Source: Paraphysomonas bandaiensis
Taxonomy: Eukaryota > Protista > Chrysophyceae
Reading direction: 5' to 3'
NCBI GenBank assembly: GCA_965644295.1
Contig: CBFFRP010000228.1
Span: forward strand, 1 to 14,948
Length of the DNA: 14,948 nucleotides
In this document: piece by piece, positions 8,482-14,948 of the stretch
Layout of the letters: each line of letters opens with the position of its first letter
Numbering within the stretch: the first letter of the stretch is position 1
Notes under the pieces: model-generated
The model's database searches: none
Told to the model about the DNA's origin: nothing
The model's input: the letters and a program-made list of their open reading frames with translations, nothing else
Made by a program: the position numbers and the translations under genes

Positions 8482-8886
8482 TACGGAGTATTGCCTGGGT
8501 ATCACACATATCTAGTGCTCTGTACACTCAGGACCTTAATACAGAACCCTGCACCTCAGAGCCTGGTGGAATCTCATCCCAAGGGAGACCCCCGGACAAC
8601 ACGCGCCAGTGAGTCCTAGGACACACGATCAGGGCGAACTCACACACAACATCAAGAACGGAAGTGGTTGCACCTTGGTGCTTGCGGCGACGCACAAGCA
8701 GCTTCTGTAGCGCGAAATAGTAGGATAATGGAATTCGTGCTGATTAGTTATGGGTAGAGGTCTAAATAGTATGTCTAGCATTCAACTAGCCACTATATCG
8801 GTGCAGGTTTCTAACGCCTATAGCTAAATAATAAGATTTTCAATATATATATATATATACGGAGTATTGCCTGGGTATCACACATA
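8482..8886 (+). mobile_element. Putative inserted element (8511-8857) bounded by a 29-bp exact direct repeat and ending in a (TA)n tail; possibly a 5'-truncated non-LTR retrotransposon relic
   Basis: tacggagtattgcctgggtatcacacata occurs exactly at 8482-8510 and 8858-8886. The interior is GC-richer than its flanks, contains the dispersed repeat 8676-8727 and ends aataataagattttcaa(ta)n just before the second copy. The repeat is certain; the element class is inference. Confidence 0.5.
8676..8727 (+). repeat. Dispersed repeat, copy 2 (homologous to 7764-7815)
   Basis: 44/52 ungapped identity to 7764-7815. Confidence 0.8.
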
Positions 8887-9065
8887 AAGTTTACTTTTTC
8901 TCAAACATGTTAGTATACGATCAGACGCGATTCATTGACCTTGATATTGACAACAAGTCTACGAAACCACACGTCATATACAGAGACCATTGTCATAGTG
9001 TCAAAGAAAAAAACATATTATCAGTACACATGATGGAAACAATTAATATAATCATAACATAACAT

Positions 9066-12000
9066 TTATAAAGACTGCTGAACTTTTACCATTGGAATTC
9101 TACTAGCCCTACTCAACCATAATGCCAACGAAAATACAGCGAACGACATCACACCAAGGAGTGTGCTGGTTGCTGGGTAGGTCGTGTAGTGCTGAGATCC
9201 TGTACCAACCGATCGGGCAGCTATCATACCATCATCATCTTGTGAAGGCTTAATACTTGAATTCGATACCAAGTAATTGCTGAGAAGGCCTGATGTTGAC
9301 GTGCTAAAAACATATATATCATATCCGTCAATGTGTGGAAGACGTCTACTCTCTGAATATTCAAATGACTTTGATATGCCACATGTCATACTTCCGCCCA
9401 AATAGTCGTCCACATCTACAGTGGCATCAGAAGATTCAATGAAATCGGTTGCACACACTACCACTATGTCATATATTGGACACGTTAATTCTAGACCAGA
9501 GTCGATATTTTCGCAGCTGACATTAGTAAAATCATATCGATACCCACCAGTATCTTCCGCGTCACAAGTTAAATTAGCACTACCACTATCAATACATTCC
9601 AGATAATATACTTGAGGACTCTTGCTACCGGAGGTTGAGTGATTCACATGAGATGTAACCATCAGGTCTATATACACATTTGGTACTACTGTCGTTATAT
9701 TACGTGATGACGAAACGAAATATTCAACGTACAACTCCGGTGTGATTTGTTGACACGAAAGATCTGGTAATGAGCACGAACTAATCGGTAACTCCACCGA
9801 AAAAACCAAGGCTCCAAATGATGAAGAAGATAACTGAATGTCATTTGCGAATTCCGTATCTATATGGACGATTCCACTATGTGAGCGATTAAAATTTATA
9901 AGCATCTGATCTCCAGGCCACGTCTTCTCTAAAAATACACCAATGTAAGTCAAGTTCTCGAAGACCCGAAGTCTCTGACCTAAAACTAAAGAATCAAAGG
10001 CTTTCCGGGCCACTATAACAACACTGTTAAACAAAACAGAACTTGTTGACTGTGATTCCGATAAGCGACGAGAAGAAAGGGTTGTGCTGTCATGCACAAA
10101 TCCAATCGTGAAGTCTGCGTATTTAAAAAAATGAAGGGTTCGCCGTATTGTGCTTCTACCAGCAAAGGAGATTGATGATACAGCATTAGCAATGCTTTCA
10201 GCTAAGTATATAAACATTTCGCTGTCGTCATTATCTTCGATAGCAGTATGTTGAATGATAGAGGTTGCCTCAACAATTAATGATTGCACAAATTGAATAG
10301 TATGTTCCCCGAAACTTAACAAGTCGTTTAAAGCTTGTACACACATAAAAGTCACTTCATTGCAAACTCCATAATTTATCGAAGAATTGTTCGGATTACA
10401 ATGTAAATCAACACTATTCGTCAGGAAGGCAGAAGTTTGTAGAAGGAGATTAGTATCACCGTGTTTCTTGCTATGTGTCATTTTTGTATATAATTCCTCC
10501 AGTTGCTCGGCAACACCAGTCGATAGAGCAGTAACCACAACTTTATTCGTCTGATTTGAAGTGCTTTCCAACGAATCTGACACCTCTACCAACAAGGTGA
10601 CCGTAAAATTGGAGTGTTTGTAGCCGGCAGATAGCATAGAGGATGCATGCGGTACTTCCGAAAATTGGTGCAGTAAGAAATATGAATCACCTCCACGATA
10701 TTCTGAGAACGAGTATCTCAGAGGTAAGTGATCATCCAACCAGTTTGACGCAACAAACATAAAAGTGTCTCCTTCTTTACCCCACTGGGGATACACTATG
10801 AACTCCCCAAGTCTTGGTGGTTCATTGAACATAAAGGAAATAGATGCCGAGTTCATACTAATTTTCTCGCAGTCATACGTTTCAGTTTGAATTGTAAAAG
10901 TGTACATAGTACCGGGAATGAAGTCAAATGGCTGTATTTGGTAAATGTACACGATATTACCAGTAAAATTGAACGCTTTTGATGACAGCAACACATTATC
11001 AATATACCAGGCGCAGGTAAATTGACAAGCGCTGGATACAGATGCCTGCAAGACATTAGGTGCAGTCCAGTCCAAAAAATTTGCCAAAGGGAAATCTATA
11101 ACTACACCAGAAAAATATTTTTCACGTGCACTCGTACTAATTGAGACAGCTGCGGTCCCAATACGGTTATCACTTCCATACACATCAGCGTACACCATGT
11201 ACGTCGATGACGGTGAAAATATTTCAGAGATATTGGCACTAAAAACCATATCTCCACTATGAATACTTTCTAGGTCATAAAATTTACCACAGCCAGTATC
11301 ATTTCCTGGATATACTTGAGCGCAGCGCCATTTGGAAATCAAGCCAGCACTTCCTCCAGTCGAAGAGTCGTAACTCGACGACGCGTCGAACATTACAATG
11401 TTCGAGGTCGCATAAGTCAACATCTGGTGTGAACCTCCTGCTAGCTTGACAATTATATCACCAGGCACTGTACACACGCGGACTTCAGATGAGCCGTAAT
11501 GCACACGATTGTGGGTAACTTTTACACGAAATGTATAGATGTGTCCTACTTCAAGGACATAGGCATCTACGATGAACTTCCGTGAGTCACGTAGGGCGGA
11601 GTTTCTTACTCCCACATAAAAGCTTTCATCGCGATACACCTCCCAAACAAACTCGAATACTTCATCTCCACTTTCGTGTTCAGGAGGCATTGAGACATCA
11701 GCTAAAAATTGCAACGTCGTATTCGGCACGACAACTCGTGTCCGCGGTCCAGATAATGACACAATAGGAAATGCAATGTTCTCATGCACGCGCACTGCCA
11801 CCGATGAATGCGTCGTGGCTCCGAAAATATTTGAAAGAGATAAAATGAATGCATAATCACCCACAGCAAGCATTTTCCCAGGAACTACATCACAAGAAAG
11901 ACTACCTGGAATGCAGTCATACCATGACAGATTGGTATTCAAATATCTTTCAGTCGTTTCCTGATTGGTATCGTTCGGGCCAATAACGGACCATTTGATA

Positions 12001-14948
12001 TTAGCCCAGTGAACACCTCCATTTCCTGTGGAGGCTGAAATATCTAAATGAAGATTTGCATTGAAAGGTAAATCCGACGTGGTCATAATTAAAACACAGG
12101 GTACAAGTGTATCATCTGGAGGCTGAACAGTGGCCAAAGATGAGTTCATAGCGCGACACTTCATTGACACACCATTACACTGGGAATGAACTTTCCCACC
12201 GAAAATCAGAACAGTTTCATCAGGCTGTAAACGAAAAGAACTGCCCAAATGAACAGGAAAACTAACTTGCAAAGCTGTATCAGATGTAAATAAACATGAA
12301 CTCATATTAGCTCCCCAGAATTCCATTAACTCGCTGCACTGGAACGGGGCATTTCTAAGACCGAACAACTCACCGCGATCTGTGGGTGTGTCAAACACAA
12401 CACGCAAACGCGAGCCGTCTGCATTAAGTTTTACACTCTCGATAGACGGAGTCGGAGAATCACTGTTCCCCGAAATTGCATATATCACAACGACATTTCC
12501 ATTTCCAGAAAGACTATGAACGTAATATAACTCAGCATCTAATCCAGTAACGTTGATCGATATACGGAGGCAGCCACTCTCAAATGCATTAACATAAAAT
12601 GAGCCTGAAAACAAGGAATCTGATGAATCGAACGAAAGTACAGTCGGAAACACATTGCTGTATTGTATATAACCGTCACCGCCTGAACACGTTTTGTCAT
12701 CAACAGCATTACTAAAAGAAACCACAGGAGTTATAACTATTGAATTCTTTACAGCTTGGGGTAACTTGACGACAATCTCTGTGGCTGACCCATTCACTTG
12801 TGCAGTAAATTTAGAGGGTGATATATAAATTGGAGATTTGCCACTGATCGTAGCCAGGCATGACCGTAATATACTCTCCGCAGCTTGACTTCGACTCAGA
12901 CGTGAATAATGTGTAAAGAGAGATTCACTGGAACAGAAGATTTCGTATGTTGTTCGATTGTGAAGATCAGAAAATGTTAACACTGAAGTATCGCTAGGAT
13001 TCGTCACTACAATATATTTCCCTTCCGCATATATGAGTTGCTGAAAGTTATCTGGCAGAGGCTCGTCAGCAACAAAGGGTTTACAATAAAACTTTCCACT
13101 CTCTGAAACGTTTAAAGTCACAGATATTGAGTACTCAGATACCACACTGCAAGATTGAGACCACGTTGGCGCAGAATTTACAATATTCGACCGAAACCCA
13201 ATATGTGCCGCGATAGGTCCTTGTATATGAGTAGAATCATTGGGAACCACAAATATATTACTATAGTCACATGGATCGACACAATTGATACAAAGTCGCG
13301 CGTTTCCTTGATTGTCGCAAAAATGAACAGTCCAATTTACGCCATTACATGAAGTCGTGACGTTCGAAGAATCCGTCAGTGCAGCCCATATGAACCCAAC
13401 AGACACCGCGGAATTACATGAGAAGTCGAATACTTCCACCGCGTCCAATGAACAGCTGTCATTGTGCGATCTCCAGAGCGTTAGATCTAACAGCGTGGGA
13501 ATTTGATACCCGCGGAAGATGCGTAGTGTGTGTACAAAACTACCCCACTTTGCATAGACCAAGTTTGTTGAGGTTTCACTATCAGAAACAATTTCCACAT
13601 AAGAAGCTTGATACTTTCTGTTGTTAACTAGCAGTGCACTCTGTGAAAGCAAATAATCCGCAATATCACAAGTGGACGTAACTGATGTGGATGCTGTTGG
13701 TGGCAACTGTGATGGAAACGCACTGGGAGATACACTTGCCATTGGGCTTGTATATGCTGAGGGTAAGTATGTCGGATACGTTCTGGGTGCTGAGCTGGGA
13801 AAGGATGAAGGGGTCAAAAAGGGAGAGGCGCTAGGGGTCGATGATGGAAATTTAGAAGGGTAAGCGCTCGGCACCGAGCTGGGATAAAACGAATTCACAT
13901 ACGACGGATAGGCACTGGGCAAAGCACTTGGAAGCAACGAAGGTGACCTGGACGAAGCAGGCTCAGAAAGATCAGTGCTTGGTACTGAGCTAGGATATAA
14001 TGACGGCAAATAAGACGGATTGGCACTCGGGGAAGCACTTGGGATCGAGCTGGGATACAATGAAGGAAGGTCAGATGGATCGGTGCTTGGTACTGAGCTG
14101 GGATACAATGACGGTAAATAAGACGGATTGGCACTCGGGGAAGCACTTGGGATCGAGCTAGGACGTAATGAAGGAAGGTCAGATGGATCGGTGCTTGGTA
14201 CTGAGCTGGGATACAATGACGGTAAATAAGACGGATTGGCACTCGGGGAAGCACTTGGGATCGAGCTAGGACGTAATGAAGGAAGGTCAGATGGATCGGT
14301 GCTTGGTACTGAGCTGGGATACAATGACGGTAAATAAGACGGATTGGCACTCGGGGAAGCACTTGGGATCGAGCTGGGATACAATGAAGGAAGGTCAGAT
14401 GGATCGGTGCTTGGTACTGAGCTGGGATACAATGACGGCAAATAAGACGGATTGGCACTCGGGGAAGCACTTGGGATCGAGCTAGGACGTAATGAAGGAA
14501 GGTCAGATGGATCGGTGCTTGGTACTGAGCTGGGATACAATGACGGTAAATAAGACGGATTGGCACTCGGGGAAGCACTTGGGATCGAGCTAGGACGTAA
14601 TGAAGGAAGGTCAGATGGATCGGTGCTTGGTACTGAGCTGGGATACAATGACGGTAAATAAGACGGATTGGCACTCGGGGAAGCACTTGGGATCGAGCTA
14701 GGATGTAATGAAGGAAGGTCAGATGGATCGGTGCTTGGTACTGAGCTGGGATACAATGACGGTAAATAAGACGGATTGGCACTCGGGGAAGCACTTGGGT
14801 TCGAGCTAGGATGCAATGAAGGAAGGTCAGATGGATCGGTGCTTGGTACTGAGCTGGGATATGATAATGACATATCAGACGGGAAACTACTAGGCAAAAA
14901 ACTAGGAAAAAAAAGAGGAGCCTCCGAGGGAAAAGCACTTGAGAATGA
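9066..14948 (-). CDS. Large cell-surface protein: Pro/Ser-rich (PSxx)n stalk, Cys-rich region, REJ (receptor for egg jelly/PKD1-like) module and single C-terminal TM helix; 5'-partial
   Basis: The frame is open from the window edge (SFSSAFPSEAPLFFPSFLPSS...; the track's 14897 start is a TTG) to TAA at 9068-9066, about 1,960 codons with no intron needed. REJ-like motifs: LDISASTGNGGVHWANIKWSV, MFDASSSYD...KWRC, NEPPRLGEFIVYPQWG..GDTFMFVASNWLDDHLPLRYSF. Hydrophobic LLGVMSFAVFSLALWL lies near the C-terminus. Confidence 0.85.
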   Translation of the reverse strand, partial: SFSSAFPSEAPLFFPSFLPSSFPSDMSLSYPSSVPSTDPSDLPSLHPSSNPSASPSANPSYLPSLYPSSVPSTDPSDLPSLHPSSIPSASPSANPSYLPSLYPSSVPSTDPSDLPSLRPSSIPSASPSANPSYLPSLYPSSVPSTDPSDLPSLRPSSIPSASPSANPSYLPSLYPSSVPSTDPSDLPSLYPSSIPSASPSANPSYLPSLYPSSVPSTDPSDLPSLRPSSIPSASPSANPSYLPSLYPSSVPSTDPSDLPSLRPSSIPSASPSANPSYLPSLYPSSVPSTDPSDLPSLYPSSIPSASPSANPSYLPSLYPSSVPSTDLSEPASSRSPSLLPSALPSAYPSYVNSFYPSSVPSAYPSKFPSSTPSASPFLTPSSFPSSAPRTYPTYLPSAYTSPMASVSPSAFPSQLPPTASTSVTSTCDIADYLLSQSALLVNNRKYQASYVEIVSDSETSTNLVYAKWGSFVHTLRIFRGYQIPTLLDLTLWRSHNDSCSLDAVEVFDFSCNSAVSVGFIWAALTDSSNVTTSCNGVNWTVHFCDNQGNARLCINCVDPCDYSNIFVVPNDSTHIQGPIAAHIGFRSNIVNSAPTWSQSCSVVSEYSISVTLNVSESGKFYCKPFVADEPLPDNFQQLIYAEGKYIVVTNPSDTSVLTFSDLHNRTTYEIFCSSESLFTHYSRLSRSQAAESILRSCLATISGKSPIYISPSKFTAQVNGSATEIVVKLPQAVKNSIVITPVVSFSNAVDDKTCSGGDGYIQYSNVFPTVLSFDSSDSLFSGSFYVNAFESGCLRISINVTGLDAELYYVHSLSGNGNVVVIYAISGNSDSPTPSIESVKLNADGSRLRVVFDTPTDRGELFGLRNAPFQCSELMEFWGANMSSCLFTSDTALQVSFPVHLGSSFRLQPDETVLIFGGKVHSQCNGVSMKCRAMNSSLATVQPPDDTLVPCVLIMTTSDLPFNANLHLDISASTGNGGVHWANIKWSVIGPNDTNQETTERYLNTNLSWYDCIPGSLSCDVVPGKMLAVGDYAFILSLSNIFGATTHSSVAVRVHENIAFPIVSLSGPRTRVVVPNTTLQFLADVSMPPEHESGDEVFEFVWEVYRDESFYVGVRNSALRDSRKFIVDAYVLEVGHIYTFRVKVTHNRVHYGSSEVRVCTVPGDIIVKLAGGSHQMLTYATSNIVMFDASSSYDSSTGGSAGLISKWRCAQVYPGNDTGCGKFYDLESIHSGDMVFSANISEIFSPSSTYMVYADVYGSDNRIGTAAVSISTSAREKYFSGVVIDFPLANFLDWTAPNVLQASVSSACQFTCAWYIDNVLLSSKAFNFTGNIVYIYQIQPFDFIPGTMYTFTIQTETYDCEKISMNSASISFMFNEPPRLGEFIVYPQWGKEGDTFMFVASNWLDDHLPLRYSFSEYRGGDSYFLLHQFSEVPHASSMLSAGYKHSNFTVTLLVEVSDSLESTSNQTNKVVVTALSTGVAEQLEELYTKMTHSKKHGDTNLLLQTSAFLTNSVDLHCNPNNSSINYGVCNEVTFMCVQALNDLLSFGEHTIQFVQSLIVEATSIIQHTAIEDNDDSEMFIYLAESIANAVSSISFAGRSTIRRTLHFFKYADFTIGFVHDSTTLSSRRLSESQSTSSVLFNSVVIVARKAFDSLVLGQRLRVFENLTYIGVFLEKTWPGDQMLINFNRSHSGIVHIDTEFANDIQLSSSSFGALVFSVELPISSCSLPDLSCQQITPELYVEYFVSSSRNITTVVPNVYIDLMVTSHVNHSTSGSKSPQVYYLECIDSGSANLTCDAEDTGGYRYDFTNVSCENIDSGLELTCPIYDIVVVCATDFIESSDATVDVDDYLGGSMTCGISKSFEYSESRRLPHIDGYDIYVFSTSTSGLLSNYLVSNSSIKPSQDDDGMIAARSVGTGSQHYTTYPATSTLLGVMSFAVFSLALWLSRASRIPMVKVQQSL
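13971..14858 (-). repeat. Coding minisatellite: 108-bp (36-aa) unit, 8 full copies plus a partial
   Basis: Unit PSSVPSTDPSDLPSL[H/R/Y]PSSIPSASPSANPSYLPSLY, i.e. nine PSxx tetrapeptides. DNA copies are near-identical (e.g. 14161 vs 14701 = 5 x 108). Confidence 0.97.

Noticed and set aside
8416-8488. Stowaway-like TIR pair ctccgta/tacggag
   Set aside because: Only 7 bp, and the left side lacks the TA target dinucleotide; compatible with chance.
7361-8619. Short ORFs 7361-7561, 7635-7829 and 8422-8619
   Set aside because: No recognisable motifs or convincing splice partners; they overlap repeat-derived sequence.
9421-13863. Small ORFs nested in or antisense to the large REJ gene
   Set aside because: Short, motif-free shadows of the long coding frame.
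13895-14938. 347-aa alternative-frame ORF and antisense ORF 14276-14485
   Set aside because: By-products of a 108-bp repeat lacking stops in those frames; the PSxx frame is continuous with the REJ protein.

Overview
Eukaryotic genomic DNA with spliceosomal GT-AG introns of 45-263 nt. Gene content and style suggest a protist, probably a stramenopile (inference only). Four protein-coding genes can be reconstructed by hand. (1) A secreted GDS...DxxH (PC-esterase/TBL/SGNH-like) acyl-esterase, minus strand, 2 exons, 970-2489. (2) Translation initiation factor eIF2-beta, minus strand, 5 exons, 4252-5253. (3) A divergently transcribed 2-exon gene, 5774-7009, whose spliced product fuses an RRM-like domain to an uncharacterised SAM-methyltransferase-like domain; the ORF track misses the RRM. 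(4) A 5'-truncated, intron-free >1,960-aa cell-surface protein with a Pro/Ser 36-aa tandem repeat, a REJ (PKD1-like) module and one C-terminal TM helix, 9066 to beyond 14948. Non-coding structure includes a modular array of ACCTATAGGT palindromes separated by four recurring, re-ordered spacer types (1-680, running off the left edge). There is also a perfect 338-bp (TGTA)n microsatellite, two fold-back elements, and a probable mobile-element relic bounded by a 29-bp exact direct repeat with a diverged sibling nearby. The palindrome array and the RRM-methyltransferase fusion are the most interesting items.
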